Below are positions 37,071 through 52,195 of a stretch of 64,000 bases of DNA, piece after piece (the first letter of the stretch is position 1; the number at the start of each line of letters is the position of its first letter). The notes under the pieces are model-generated. The model was not told the origin of the DNA. It searched no databases and was given only the letters and a program-made list of their open reading frames with translations. This DNA is from Zancudomyces culisetae HAW-14-8 (lineage: Eukaryota > Fungi > Kickxellomycota). A program made the position numbers and the translations under genes. Location: positions 1,302,001 through 1,366,000 of the forward strand of contig JBNJNM010000010.1 of the NCBI GenBank assembly GCA_052426225.1, given 5' to 3'.

Positions 37071-38991
37071 TTAATTCAATACATTGGCAATACCAGAGAC
37101 AACAGCACATACTCCTACAGCACCCGCATCTGGAACGCCTTTACCACTGTTTCCAACATAAACGGCACGCCCTCTCTTGGGTTTCATTTCTTTTGTTTCT
37201 TCTGCACCAATCTTGGCGGCTTCCAGCGCTTTGTTGAGATCACCACTCTTTTTATACTCGAATACAAGTGGTGAAAGCGCATCAATGATCGTTCTATCTC
37301 CTACTCTAGCTGTTGAATATCTTTGAATTGTTTCAAGTCCATTTATCAAGGCATCAGCCCACTGGTCCTTTGTGACATGTTGAGGTCCAGATGCGAGAAC
37401 CTTAGTTAGTGACTGGGCCACACCATCAAAAAACAGACAGTATATCACACCAGAGGTTCCACCCATAGAAGCCTCTACAAGGTTGGAGATCTTCATCATT
37501 GTAGTCGCTGGGCTATCCGTTGGTAATTCACCAGCTTTGAGTGCATCGAATACAGACTTGGCTCCTGAAAGCAAAACCTCTCCACAGTCGCCGTCTCCCA
37601 TGACAGTGTCCAAACGTGTAATTTCTGGTTCTTCTTTTTGAACGTTGTTATACACTGATGTTATTATTTCTGACCATAGCACACTATCCTCACCAGCGGT
37701 AGATGCTGACTTTTCCTGAACCTTTGATGCTGTTGCCTTTATTTGTTGCATTTCGGCCTCAGTTTTCTCACTAGCATCTGGAACTGTAATCATATTCTTC
37801 CATCCGGGCGTATATGCTGGATAATCGAGATACTTCAACACTTCCTTACCCTCCTCCTCACATGATGGAACCAATAAAAATGTAATGCTGATTCCATTCA
37901 TTGCCAACCCAGTCATACAAGCGCCCTGGAAGGTCCTAACAACATTTAACCCACACTGACTGGCGCAGTCCAACGCTTCTTTTGTTACCAACCCCAGCTC
38001 TAGGTTTGAAAGTGCGCCAAGGTTGTTTACCAACATTACAACTTTTTTTCCGCCTGCTTTTTTGCTGGCCTCAGTAAAAAGTTTGGAGCTCGTTATGTGG
38101 CTTACGATTGATGAAACCATGTCATGAGCGCTTGAGAGATTTGTTAGTTTGAACCCTGGTTCGTTATGAATACCCATTCCAAACTCAATTTGGTTTTCTT
38201 CCAAGGTACGTGGCAGGCCCCGCCCTGGAACAGAAGCTGGATCTAATGCACATCCAACAGTAAAAGAGTTCTCAGCTGCGTGCTTTGCCAACGCTTCGAC
38301 CTTTTCAAACGATTCGCCCATAGCTGCTGCTGATCCGGCTATCTTGTACACCAATATAGTTCCAGCCAATCCACGTCTACCGACATCCACTTCCTCTTCC
38401 TGGTCGACAACTCCCACATCATCGCCAACAACAACCATAGATATTTTGCAATTGCTGTTACCAGTATGCATCTGGCTAGCCTTGAACCTTTCAATTGCTC
38501 TTCCAAAGTTAAGTACATCTCCTGTATAGTTCTTCACGACTACAAGCGTTCCGTGTTCTGGAGAATATACTCGCTGTATACATGATAGCACTTGTGACGA
38601 AGATGGTGATGCAAATACGTGTCCAGAAACCGCTGCTGTGAGCATTGCTGGGCCCACAAAACCAGCATGAGAGGGTTCGTGCCCAGCTCCTCCACCGCAT
38701 AAGAGGGTAACTTGCTCTTTTTTGACTTGGTCAACGTTCTTGACGTACACAACCTTCTCCTCCTCATCAAGTTTCAAGTGGTCGTTCGATTTTACAAGGC
38801 CCTTTAGCGAATCGCGGACTAGCTATTGGTTAAAAACAACATATAAGTGTGATGATGTCTTCTGCAAAAGAGTATTTTTGATATTTTCTGGGACTTGGTA
38901 AAGAAAAACACGCGCAAAAAATAGGACTAGCATTACTATCATTAATGGTTACCTCGTTAGGGTCATTGACAAAGTGCTTACTTGATACCAT
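37071..38991 (-). CDS. DAK1: Dihydroxyacetone (triose) kinase, Dak1+Dak2 domains, ~596 aa; exons 38991-38953 and 38822-37071
   Basis: MVSSKHFVN start, GGGAGHEPSHAGFVG, VKNYTGDVLNFG, VGRRGLAG, GMGIHNEPG, GDGDCG, MGGTSG, GDRTIIDAL, PDAGA. Confidence 0.95.
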
Positions 38992-40712
38992 CGTTAATTG
39001 TGTTTTAAAGCTTAGTATTTGGTTTGTGTTAGTATTTTTTTCTTTTTGCAATATGTGTGATTATTATTCGGGATACAACAGGTCTTGGATTTCAAGAGAA
39101 GAAAACGGTGCTTTATATATGATTTCTTCTAAACCCAATTATTGGCATTGTAATAAAGTTGACCAAACCAATTAATGCTACTATTTTTTTTGGCAACATC
39201 CCTGTGTTTCATTTGCATTTGCATTTGCAAAGCCAGAATATTGAAGTGTTCGTGCCATGAATGTGCTTAAATGCATCTGAGCTTTTTCAGAATTATTCAC
39301 TCAGGTTTTTCTATTTCCCTCTTTTGTGGGTGGTCCTGGAGTGATTCTCGGAGTACAACCACATCAAAAAAAATCAACGGGTTTTTTGAGAGTTTCCTTT
39401 TTTTTTTTTCGGTTGTGCTCCCACCAATACTAAACCCAGCTTTGCTAATAATGTTACAATGGAATCCAATAGCATAAATTCAGAAAAAGATATCAATGTA
39501 TTCACATTCAGTCCAAGCTATATTCCAACAACCTATAACCACAGATTTGTCAACTTTCCGCTTCGTTGCACACATACTGAGTTGATAACACAACCTAGTG
39601 AACAGATACAACAATTTTTGAAGCTAATGCCTTCTTTCTTATCTCCATTATGAGTGTCAATATAATGAAAACGTTTTTTTTTGCTGATATTTGTTGTGTA
39701 TTTGATTTAGTAATAAGAAACCAAGTTTACCAAAAAAATACGTAAAAGGTAACACTCACCATTTTGGTGGATTCACATCCAGTGGTTTGTATGATTCATA
39801 TGTTCGGTAGAAGCTCATTCACCACTTCTCAGTTAAATATGCCCTGAAATTGGATGATTTAATACAAGCTCAATTTTCTCCTTAGCAAGATCCATTGGTT
39901 TGGACAGATAAAAAAAACGAGGTGAGTTTTCTGCTGACTGATAGTTGATGGTTAAAGTGAAGATAAAATTTCACCATTACATAACCGCTTACTATATTAT
40001 TTGCTTAATGAGATGGCCCAATGCTTTTTATAAAATAGCTTCAACGAAGGCTTTAAAAATGGGATGTTACAAACAGACGGCCTCCGCTCTCCTGACTCAA
40101 CATGAAATGGCCAAGTTGGGATCAAAGACATAATTTCTTAAGACTAGAACATGGCTCCATTTGAATTTTCTTATAATTGTGGTTTAAGAGTAAATGATGA
40201 TTAAAGTAATGTCACTAAATGTGCTTTTTCTACTAAAAATAATTATGATTATAATTATACTGTGATTTGTAACGACCCACTTACACAAAAAGATGTGTAG
40301 AAGGGGGAAGGTATTAGAAGACGACGTGATGTCGTAAAAAGTAGCATTTTGGGATGCCAAAAAGGTGCTTCAATAAATAATTACTAGCAAGAACCAGAGA
40401 AATCAACCTCTTCTCGGCTTGCAATGAATTTGTAGGGCATATACTAGAAAGGCACCAAGTGAAAGACCCAAATCTCATAATATCATATTCTTGTTGACTA
40501 TACTCTATTCACTCATCGATTTGTTTGCTGAGACAACAATGTTGGTCTGGGTAAAATGTTAATCACAGCAAATAACTACCTTTTTGCCGTGTGTTTAATA
40601 CATACCAATAGTAGGTACAAACAGGCTGGCCACAATTCAATCTGATCCAGAAAATTGTTCACATATACAAAAACTATTTCCATCTACAAACACACCAGTA
40701 CCATTCATTCCT

Positions 40713-40773
40713 TCATCTATCCATCTATCCATCCATCCATCCATCCATCCATCTATCTATTTATTTATCTATC
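40713..40773 (+). repeat. (CATC/TATC)n tetranucleotide microsatellite
   Basis: tcatctatccatctatccatccatccatccatccatccatctatctat... downstream of GAPDH. Confidence 0.8.
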
Positions 40774-41069
40774 CACACCCTGAAATGTGGTTAAAAACAT
40801 CGTATTGTACCCACCACCTTCGTGCGACATTACTTATCCAGTTGAGTTTGGCTTTTTTAGTGAAGTCGCAACTAAAAGTCATGTCCAAATTGCAATCTTC
40901 CATGTTCCAACAACACCATTGGAATAAACAAATGAAGGAGATTCCGCAGACTGTGGGAAAGCCGGTTTAAGTTTCTTAATACATTTTATTTATCATAACC
41001 TCAAAATCAAAGATTTAACCAAACCAAAGGCAGGTGAGGCTAAAAAATAAAAACAAACTAAAATACCAT

Positions 41070-42277
<1,208 letters not shown>

Positions 42278-43795
42278 CTTTTGCTATTATTTTGGTTTTT
42301 TTTCTCTTTACTTTGATTACCGAAGTGATGATGAGTTTAACCTCCAGAAAAAAAAGGCATGGGGATTTTTAACGGTTTAAATAGTTGTAGTGAGCAGTTG
42401 TTTATTTTCTTTTTCCGTTTCATCAACATTTTTTCATGCCTATATTTTTTTTTGCTTTTCCACTTATTAATGCAGTTCAGCTTTTGGGAATGACAGGCGG
42501 AGTTGGGCCAAACAGAAAACGTGTAAATTGTTTGCAATATGCACATAGCCAATAGATTGATCATGCACTTTTTTTTGAGCGGAAAGAAGATAACAAATTG
42601 GGTGGTGATGTTCGCATTTCTGGTTTTCAAGGTGGTTTTTTTTCGTTTATCAGTTTAGGTGGTGCTATCCAATTTGATAAGATTCCTGGAATGTGGAAAA
42701 AATCACGCTTGCTCTCCAGATTACTGTTAATTCGCCCAAGGCTTTTGGTGAACAAAATCCAGACTGATTAGAAAAAGAATGGTGATATTTTTATTCCAAC
42801 AATCGCACCCTACAACAAATATGGGATGCTATAAATTTAGGTATATCAAGAGACATCCTCGTCAAACGCTACAAATAAGACATTGCGAACTGGAAAAGTG
42901 CACTTATTTTATGTGGTCTGACTTTAAATGCTGAAAAGTTGGACTCAATTTGTAAGCAAAATTACTAATACTTGGTTTGTTCACCAACAAAGTGAGAATA
43001 TGCGTTTTTGTTTATATAATTTTTTTTATTTTAAGCAAATGGAATCACCAAATGCAAAGCGGTTCAATCAGAAGAGTAACAACATCGGTATCAAAACACA
43101 TCAAATCGATAAGAGCTTTGCTTCTCTTCGCTATGTGGTTGTCGCTTACCTTATAAATGACCGCATAAAGAAACACGAGACTATGTTGTCCAGTTGGTTC
43201 TGGCTACGTTATTCTGGATCACAACAATTCATATATCATTGCCATTACCGAAAAGGGAGCATACATAAAGTAAATCAAGCCTCACGTCACACCGTACATT
43301 CCACTATTTTTTATATAAAAAAACAGCAAATAAAAAAAATTTAAGTTTGATTTTAATTCTTTTTTCTTTTGCTAGCAATTTGGGGTATTTTTTTTTTGTT
43401 CTTTTAGATTCTCCAAACTTCTAAAAAATAAAAAAAAAACAAAACAAATTAGTACATACTCTACACAACTTGCTCAAATGAACTTTTTATCCTACCACGA
43501 GAATGGGGAGGGCGGGGGATTCTGTGATTAAAAAGCGGAGTGTTAGAAAAAAAAATGCGAGACACCATTCTTGGGTAGAAGCGTAGAAAATTGGCCATAT
43601 ACATGCATTATTCAGCACAGTCAATGCTGATTTTGGTTAATCATGGCTAATTTTAGCACTATCGCTCTGGAATGACAACCAACATTTATTCATCCCGTAA
43701 TCAGTCATACATCATATTCTCTAAACTGATTTATGGAATAACATTAAAATAAAATAAAAAAAGCGGCCAACTATGTAAAAAAACAAAATTGCTCT

Positions 43796-45925
43796 TCAGG
43801 CAGCGTATTTTTGAGAAACTGTATAGGCATCGGAATACTTGAAAAATAGGTCTCTACAAGGCACTCGTGCTTTTATCCTGGCACACAATAAATATGCACC
43901 AGAAAGTTTCCTATGTAGAGAGTATGTCTCATCTGGAGGAGGAGTCAATCTTTCGTTTAACATAGTAGGAATGTTTGATTTTACATTAGAGGTAACTTGT
44001 TGACGTCCAAAGTCAAATAGCCCATGATCTCTGAAAGGTTTTCCCAGCTCTAATACAGAGTCTGTGTGTGCATCCAACATGGCTTGAGATTCATATCCAG
44101 TCAAAAAGCCCAGCACTTCTGACCACTTAGCAATAGACTTACGGTCGCTGCTGGCCGATGCCCTCAGAACTTGCATATATGGGTCTAAAAAATCTACATC
44201 ATACCCTCGAGAGGCTCCAAAATCCAACAGGCCAATCTTTCGGCTGGAATGATCGTATAAAAAGTTAGTCCAGTTTGGATCCGTTTGCATAAACTTATGA
44301 ACAAAGAGCTCCTGTAGACATAGCTCCATTATCATTGTCCCTACCCAGTCTCTTGTTTCCTGATCATAGTTAACAACAGCCGAAATGGGATCGCCATTCA
44401 CAAACTCTGTTGTGATAACCATAGAGTTTGACAGCTCGTTTACAACTCTTGGGATTTTGAAAACAGTGCTACCAGTAAATATATCCACAAATTTCCTGTT
44501 ACATTCTGCCTCGCGCAGGTAGTCACACTCCCATGCTAGTTCCTTGCGAGCTACGCGTATCGAGTTTTCTAGATACATCCCTTTAGGCAACAATTTAGAT
44601 AAATGGAGTAATGATTGGAGATTGGAAAGATCCGAATCTATTGATTTTGAGACTCCTGGGTATTGAACTTTAACCGCCACATCCGAAAACCCATATTTCT
44701 CTGCTAGGTCTTTAGATAGAGTTGCTTTATGTACCTGACCAATTGAGGCTGCGGCAAACGGAATAGTATCAAACGAGCCAAAATTCGATTCCCACTCTAC
44801 GCCCATTTGCTCTTCCATCACCTTGTATAGCTGCTTCTGGGGCATATAATTTGCTGCGTTTTGAACTCGAGATAAAATGTACTCGATTTTTTCCGTGAAT
44901 TCAGATGAATCTAGTAGTATCCAAAGCAAATTGATTTAAAAATACCTTCTGTATCCCACGCTGCTTCAACGGTATTCGCTTTAAGATCTTCATACTTTTT
45001 TATAGTAAAAAAAATCGTAATGGCTGAGTAACTAACCTTGTATGCTTATCATTTGTCCTAACTTAAGCGCTGCTCCCCGCATTTTTGAAAGCTTTTCGAC
45101 AAGCCTTTCGATGTTGGCTTCACTCAAAAAAGGCGATTTGGATTTTCCGTCGCTTTTCTTTATGAGCCTTTTGAATGATTCGCTCATTGCCCCAACACCC
45201 AAGCCCGCTGCAAGTGCTGTTTAAATATATTTAACATTAAAAGTCAAAAATAGTAATATGACATACATTTTTGTTTCTAAAGCATGAATATAAACATTGT
45301 GAATAAACATGTTTTACTTACAGCCGTAATGATATATTCTACTTGCTCTAGTTGAGGGAATGTAGGACTCTTTGAGGTCAGCTTTTTTATGTGGCTCATT
45401 TACTACATTATCTTTTGGAATAGAGGAACGCGTATTTTCTTCACTAGCATCTGGATTCTGGTCATTTGTGGTCACCTTTTCATCAATTGTATTCAAAGTA
45501 TGATTATCTTCTAAGGCATCATTTCCTTTGTTAACATTATGTTTAGCTTTAGTCACTGGTGGCGAAAAATTGTTGAGCGTGTCAATTTTTGATAGATCTT
45601 CTCTTGGTGCTTGCGTTGTTTTCGGGTGCTCGTTTGATGGAGAATCCTCAGGTTTCAAATTTGCAGTACTTGTAGCTACATTTGTCTCGGTTTTATCGGC
45701 CAAGTCACTCTTATTGATTTTATCAGTACCTGTACTTTTGTTCTCCTTACTCGGCACATAGTTGTCATTTTGGAAATGATTTTGGGGAAACCGCGAATTT
45801 ACTATATTGTGAGTAAGCGAGCTTGTTCTCAAAAAGTTTATCGAGTCGGCTTTCATAAGCCTTCCGGTTACTTTTGAAGAATCTATAATGGCTTTAGCTA
45901 TCAAAAGGAGTTGAGGATTCGTCAT
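43796..45925 (-). CDS. COQ8: Mitochondrial ABC1/UbiB atypical kinase Coq8 (ADCK3/4), ~632 aa; exons 45925-45322, 45216-45037, 44910-43796
   Basis: [83 protein letters not shown]. Confidence 0.95.
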
Positions 45926-46516
45926 TGTTGTTGTTTAAAGTTGAAATTTACATATCTTTCTCACTTGCCACTTTGATATATGATCAATTTACGCTTCACT
46001 ATAGGTCCAATTTCTTATCCAATAGTCCCAATGGCTTAGGGTTCTTGTCGCAATCATTCATATAAATTGGATGATAAAAAATTTTCAGAAAAGCAAGAGT
46101 CAGCAAATAATATTCAAATAGCCGGATCCAAAAAATGGGATACTTCTTTTCTTTTAGTGTTACTGGTGGTAAGCATCTGCCTATGACTTTTTTTTATTCA
46201 AACTTCAACTTGCAGTAGGCCAAATGTGATCTATCCCAACGCATTATAGGCGAAGTATGATTGATTATGCGTTGTTCAACACTACTCAATGAGTATTTTC
46301 AAAATGTCACCAGCTGGGGGCAGCTAAAGCAGATTTTGAGTAATTGACTACAAAACTATTTTGTATATAAAAAATAACATGAATCATATTTGTTCTTTAG
46401 CTGGACATTTATGTATACAACATGCTCTCAGGTCAAGATGATTTAAATAAAAAAACCAACTTTATTCTCACAAAAAAACTCTTAATTTAAAAATGAATTA
46501 CAACTGCGTATCTATT

Positions 46517-47110
46517 TCATACTTCTTTGCAATCCTTGTTTTCACGAATAGGTTGAAACAGCACATATACGCAGTTGCTGATGATAGGCTTATCTGGTGC
46601 TTGATGTACATATCTTGTGCCAAACAAATAATCGGCTATATACTTTCCATCTTCAACACACAAACCCGCTAAAATTAAATACGTATCTCCAGGACGTACA
46701 CATGATCCAAAATATCCGTAGTCAAACATGTCATAGAATGGATATTCGCAGACATAGTCTCTTTGTGTATTGTTTAGCTTTATAGTCTTATCCTCCCAAA
46801 GAACGCTGTTGGTAGTACTTACTGCACCCAAGACACACACTTCTTTTAGTATCAATACTGCAAAGTAGCTAGAACGCCAATGGTCGTTGCGAAAGGGAAT
46901 CTTTTCATATCCAACAATCGTTTCATCTAGTTCATACGGTTTTAGCTTTTTTATGGCTTCCAAACCGAGATAAAAGCTTGTATAAGACTCGACTTCTGAG
47001 TTTAGTTGCGTTTTTAGTGCAAATTCTCTGATTTCGTCAATGCAACGCACTTTTTTTAACCAAAAAATAAAAATGGTAAATATAATGTTTATATATACTT
47101 TCAGTTCCAT
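46517..47110 (-). CDS. Hypothetical small secreted protein (197 aa, signal peptide-like N-terminus, 6 Cys in the mature part)
   Basis: ATG-initiated intronless ORF with normal globular composition and N-terminus MELKVYINIIFTIFIFWLKKVRC. No family recognised. Confidence 0.6.
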   Translation of the reverse strand: MELKVYINIIFTIFIFWLKKVRCIDEIREFALKTQLNSEVESYTSFYLGLEAIKKLKPYELDETIVGYEKIPFRNDHWRSSYFAVLILKEVCVLGAVSTTNSVLWEDKTIKLNNTQRDYVCEYPFYDMFDYGYFGSCVRPGDTYLILAGLCVEDGKYIADYLFGTRYVHQAPDKPIISNCVYVLFQPIRENKDCKEV

Positions 47111-48141
47111 ACTACGATGCTTTCTTGCTTTTTGAACAATATCACTTTGGTGTCTTTTCTGAACTACAAAAAAAAAGATTGAGTAATAGGGTTACACTGG
47201 CATGTAACGACTAAATTGTTGGCAAAGTAACAGACTTTATAGTATGGCATTGTAACTGTGCAAGAATAATGATAATTATATACAGTGAATCAAAAATAAA
47301 CATTCCCAAACACAAAAGCGTTATTTAGATGCAGTGTGTTTTTATTTGTTGACACATAACATAAACCAAAGCCTGCTTTTTTAATATTGAAGATATTTGT
47401 CTTTTTTAAACTTTTTCTGCTACTTTTAATTATCAAAAAACCAACACCCCCATCAATTGTCCTGTAAGAAAACTTGCAACATTCATTTAACCAGCCGTCA
47501 CTCCGTTCCCCTTATTCTTAGTTTTCTGTGGTACCTTTCAGCGATTGATCTGATATGTGATTTCACGCTGCAATCATACCTTTCTGACCAGTACCCACTT
47601 GATGCCAACAGAGATGGAAAGTGCAAAAATCCAGATAAGGGTCAGATGAGCTCTTTTAGTGTTGAGCTCCTCCTCCCCCCCCCTCTGCTGGGTTAAATGT
47701 GCTTGTTTCGGCAATACTTGTAATATTACATATTTTTGAAACACGTGTATGAGATGTATGCCCAAAAAATGCAGTATATCACTTTTTAAGCCATTTCATG
47801 TTTTTATTTTCAATGAGATATACTTTTTTGCTATAATTTGCTTTTATAGCTATTTTTTTTCTCGACCAAGTTTGGTCGTAAAAAGATCTTGTGACAATTT
47901 TTTTACACCTGATTTGAAATATAAAAAAATTGAAAGGCTCTTTTTGTTCTTGTATAATCAAATCACAATATATCAACTTTTCATTTTTTTTTAATAAATC
48001 TACTTGGGAACTTAATATCGAATAGACAGTAAGGACGGAATTGTTGATATCGAGGCTTACACTAAATTCATACCCTTTAACTTTTTTTTTTTACTGCAGA
48101 GCCAAATAAACAAAAAGTATCGAAAACCTGTAAATGAAAGC

Positions 48142-50504
48142 ATGAATAGTGCATATACTCCAACGGAATCTAATCCAGTTGGAATGAATAAAAACAGACA
48201 GACAAACACAACGAAAAATATGAAAAGCGATGTAGTCGTGATAAGCGATAGTAGCGACACTGAAAGCAATGCTTTTGATACTGTCCTCAACGGATCACTT
48301 TCGCCGATCAGCACCAATCCTGCCGATTCTGAGATCCAGGATTTTTTCTTAGGGAAGACAGACATTCAGAATATTGTAGAAAATTACATGAATATTGGTA
48401 TGAGTACGGAGATAGTTGACAAAATATTTAGAGTTACAAGTAACAAGGGGAAAAGGCCTGAACCGTCTGCTGACACTGTACTAAAAGCTGTGGAGGAGAA
48501 AAAGGTTGGTGCTGATGTAGATATGGAAATGGAACCCAGTACAGATGAGGACATGTTCATTAGTGAAAGTGAATTTTCGGCGGATGAGCATTGGTATTTG
48601 AAAAATATTGATAGAAATGACATCAAGGTATTTCCAACGTTTGTTTTCGAAAAACTAAATAGTTTATTAACTTTTTAATAATAAGTAACTCTAAAACAAT
48701 AACATAAAGTATACAATAACATAAAAAAGTAACTAAATAATAGAAAAAGTTGAGTCAGCACGTAGAGGCAAATTACAATTCCGTTGAAACTCACCTGAGT
48801 CCTCAAAACAATTTTGCGGAGAATCAAGAGAAAGATGCCGGGAATAGGCAAGAGGTTGAGGAGGAATTGCCACCTCCAGCAAACGTCGTGGATGTGCCTA
48901 TTGAACAGCATTTGAACATCAATGAAAACGTTAAAAGTAGCTACGAGGCTAACAAAAGTCAGCCTCCCAAGGAAAACTTTGAAAGTGACATCTGTGATGT
49001 TCTAATAAAAAGACTTGATGAATTAAAACACAAGGAGAATAACAAGCCTGGCGAAATTGCATCGTCCTTTATTGGAAAAAACGTACAAAAAAGCGATGAT
49101 CTTACATTCAGGAAAGAGGTTGGCTTTGAAAACGGAACGCTTGGTAAAAATCTTATTGAGATTCAAAACCATATAAACAAGCTCAAAATGAAGAAGGATG
49201 CAGTTGTAGGGAAAAGACTCGACATTCTGAACGATTTTCCATTGCTTTTAGGTATAAACATTGCATTAGACGAGTATCTAAAAACCAATAAAAACTCTGG
49301 AACGCGATACCTTGAGCAGCTATTGATGGATGAGCACATGATTAAAGCAAAGTTCAAGAATCATTTAAAGGTAGCAGAAGAGCGGGTTAGGAAAAGGCGC
49401 GCACAGCGAGTGATAGAAAGAGAGAAGAATGGACAGAAGGACGGTGTGGGTATGCAGCGTGCAGCCCATCGTGCAGGAGGGTTAAGCAACAAGCGTCGAT
49501 ATGAGGCAACAATTGAAATGGACGTTGGACCACCTATAAGCGTGCTTAACACTGTGGATGATGCTCGACTGCCGGCGAATTTTACGTTTTCCAGCAAGAT
49601 TATATATGCAGATGACGTACGAAGACCCACAAATGCAGGTGTTAAATCGTGCTATTGCAGTATTATCGATGTAAATAAAGGCAAAGGAAACACTCAAAAG
49701 TCTTTTGATGAGATTAAGGCCGAACTAGAAAAGGTTTTTACTATTAAAAGGTATAGAGAAGCGTTTCTGGAAGGTGTGGCCCCCAAGGATATTATCGAAA
49801 AGTTTTATAAAACGTGTGATCACAGCTTATCAAGGGATCAGCTTTTCTACGGGGGATGCTCTCACAACGAAAGCCACGGAAACCCTTACAATAAGCACAG
49901 CCAATTGGTTCTGGATAAAGGATTCGCTATATACGAGTGTAACTATGTTTGTGCCTGTGGACCATATTGTCACAACCGCGTTATCCAACGAGGGTCTAAT
50001 GTTAAATTTCAGATATTTCGGACCAAAAATAAGGGTTGGGGCGTAAAAACATTGCAGACATTGAAAAGTGGCCAGTTCGTAGCAGAATACGTCGGTGAAG
50101 TTATAACAAATAAAGAAGCAACTCGAAGAGGAAAGCTAAATGACAAGCTTGGCTCAACGTATTTGTTTGACTTGGATTACGGAACTCCTGAAAACAAAGA
50201 ACCAGAGTTCTCTATAGATGCAGAAAACTATGGCAATATCACTCGCTTTCTAAACCACTCTTGTTCCCCGAACTTGGAAATCAGGGCAGCTTATATTAAC
50301 TACTGGGACAAGGGCCACCATCATTTAGTATTTTTTACCAACCAGCGCATTCCGGCCGGTACCGAGCTTTGTTTTGACTACAATCCTTCGTATTCTGCCG
50401 ATTCTTCTGATTCGCAGGAAAAAGACCCTGGTTCTAAGTTTAATCATGTGGGATATAAGTGTTATTGTGGTGCTCCTAACTGCAGAGGCTATGTTTTCAG
50501 TTGA
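48142..50504 (+). CDS. clr4: Histone H3K9 methyltransferase, Clr4/SUV39H/DIM-5 family, ~748 aa; exons 48142-48627 and 48744-50504
   Basis: Pre-SET (PISVLNTVD...CYC...IYECNYVCACGPYCHNRVIQRG), SET (FRTKNKGWGV, EYVGEVIT, TYLFDLD, GNITRFLNHSCSPN, ELCFDY) and post-SET (CYCGAPNCRGYVF). Phase-0 intron 48628-48743. Confidence 0.9.
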
Positions 50505-52195
50505 TTTACTCTTTTTTTTTATGGAATAAAATGCTGATGTTCCAAATAAATACCCATATGTACAGACCAAACGGAGTGAAATCATATTTTTTAAAATGAG
50601 TATGCCTGGTTACCGATATGAAACAAAAGTTATAGCTCTATGGTGAAATTTTTGCAATATAAAATCTTTGCAATATATAGATAATATTTACATACAAAGC
50701 TAGCTGACAGATTCATTATTTTCGCTGTGGTGTGGTGTGGTTACGCCTTTACTAGATCTACACAGGGTTCCAGCGCCATATTGGCCTATAAACCTTTTGT
50801 TCTGAGGATACTAGTTGCAATTTCTATCTAAGTACATTTAACAAGCATCAAACTGCACTTGATCTTGCCAGTTGGCTTTTGGTATAAAAATCGAATACAA
50901 CTTTTAGAATTGCGAATTCTCCCTATGGTAAACGCAAAGTAAAAAATGTAAATGAAATTAAAGACGTAGCTCGGGAGCTAAAGCAGAGAAAATGCCCTGT
51001 ATCAAACAAGGTACAAGGTAACATGCATGCTATTGCGTGTGTATCTGGATATGGTTAATGTATAGTTCATAGGAGATAAGTATAGCCGTAGAAGCTGGTC
51101 CACATTCAGCATCAAGCCCCAGAGTACCAGTCATAGTAGATTCAGATCTGGGCGTATAGCATGTGGTTAAAGGACATTGGTATGGTGTTTTTCAGACAAA
51201 AGCTTAGTGTCACCCCCCAAATTATGCCGTAAAACGAAAATTTTGAATGATAAAGGAGTCAGTAGGCTAAAACCAAAGACAGAACATTCAGGACTACTCT
51301 CCTTGCTAACACACCGCACAAAGAGACAACGTTTATAAGCTATGGGATGATTGCAAATGGTAAAAGGTTCAATTAAAAGGTTCAAGGGGGCAACTGGATG
51401 CTGATGGGACCCGAGTAATTATCAGGTAATAAAGCTGTGCAATTATAGATTCCTTTTTCCCTATGATTTTGGGCTTGCTGATTGGCAGCCGACGCAATTT
51501 CATTTAGAAAAAACAGAAACAAAAGTAAAAATAGAACACCGCTGTTTAATGATTCCACGTCTCATTTGGTGACAACTCTATGTGAAAAGTAATACATGAT
51601 GTTAATTGCGGCATATAATTGGCTTTGCTGTAGTCGAATGTAGACTGTTGGCTAGGAATCAAAACCTCCAGGATTTAATTTGCTTGTTTTGAGTGAAAAT
51701 AAACCTACAATTAATGTTCCCAAACGTAGCTTTAGCTTTGTTTATTCGCTTGACCATTTTTTTTAAAATCAAAGCCGCAAAAAAAAAAAAAAGAAATATA
51801 TAACTGGTGAAATACCTATACTTCGTCAAAGTGGACTAGCACATCACGATCCGTAAATTTAATTTGTAATTACACACACTAAAAGTCTAATAAGGGTTAT
51901 GGTTGTCTGGAATACCCCTGAAAGCGCATAGCATAGATTTAGGGATATATACTATTTCATCGAGTTTGTTCGGTTCGAATTTCAAAGAATACAGCTATAA
52001 AACTCGATTCGTTCAGTTTCGGTACTATATACTTGGTGCAAAAACGATGCAATATTATTAGCATAAATATTATACTCAGAATTTACTAAACTGTACCCTA
52101 ATCAGGAACTTAGAAAAATATTTTTTAGACAAGAAACAACACAACAACCAAAAAGGTAAAAAATATAAAGAAGAAAGGAAATAGATACAACAGTG

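Noticed and set aside
50724-50776. CGCCTTTACTAGA inside a stem, resembling U5 snRNA loop 1
   Set aside because: It has three U instead of the invariant GCCUUUUAC, the wrong loop closure and no clear Sm site.
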